Under the pieces are notes generated by a model. That model saw nothing but the letters and a program-made list of their open reading frames with translations, did no database searches and was not told the origin of the DNA. 15,671 bases of DNA. Source: Bdellovibrionota bacterium. Lineage in GTDB: Bacteria > Bdellovibrionota_C > UBA2361 > JBIKUX01. The translations under genes were made by a program, and so were the position numbers. Each line of letters starts with the position of its first letter. The stretch's first letter is position 1. This document shows positions 15,558 through 15,671 of this stretch, piece by piece. Location of the stretch: contig JBIKUX010000039.1 in assembly GCA_044347345.1 (NCBI GenBank), positions 1-15,671 on the forward strand. The letters are read 5' to 3'.

Positions 15558-15671
15558 ATGGAACCGTTAAGAGATAAGTACGTTAATCCCTTTACTGATT
15601 TTGGCTTTAAGCGTCTTTTTGGTTCTGAATCGTATAAGGAGCTACTAATTGATTTTCTAAATACGATGTTG
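15558..15671 (+). CDS. Rpn-family recombination-promoting nuclease / PD-(D/E)XK putative transposase, N-terminus (3' truncated by window edge)
   Basis: MEPLRDKYVNPFTDFGFKRLFGSESYKELLIDFLNTML: the NP.TDFGFK..FG...K.LLI.FLN motif is the hallmark N-terminus of this family. Not in the supplied ORF track. Confidence 0.9.
   Translation, partial: MEPLRDKYVNPFTDFGFKRLFGSESYKELLIDFLNTML

Overview
AT-rich bacterial chromosomal window from a probable diderm (it encodes a porin and several lipoproteins). Left to right: the 3' end of an unknown CDS; a minus-strand FAD/NAD(P)-binding oxidoreductase; and a co-directional envelope cluster (polytopic membrane protein, OprO/OprP-like porin, BamE/SmpA-like lipoprotein plus a partner lipoprotein, a membrane-anchored Hanks-type pseudokinase with a helical/HEAT C-terminal domain, a CXXS TlpA-like lipoprotein and a SulP anion transporter). 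A convergent orphan gene follows that carries class III nucleotide cyclase-like motifs in a tandem C1/C2 arrangement. The rest looks accessory or decaying: about 820 bp of structured non-coding DNA, a PfkB kinase pseudogene, an intact sedoheptulokinase-like FGGY kinase, about 720 bp of non-coding DNA, a small gene apparently frameshifted at a G9 tract, and the start of an Rpn/PD-(D/E)XK nuclease-transposase. No rRNA, tRNA or CRISPR array was seen. All family calls come from reading motifs by eye; no searches were run.
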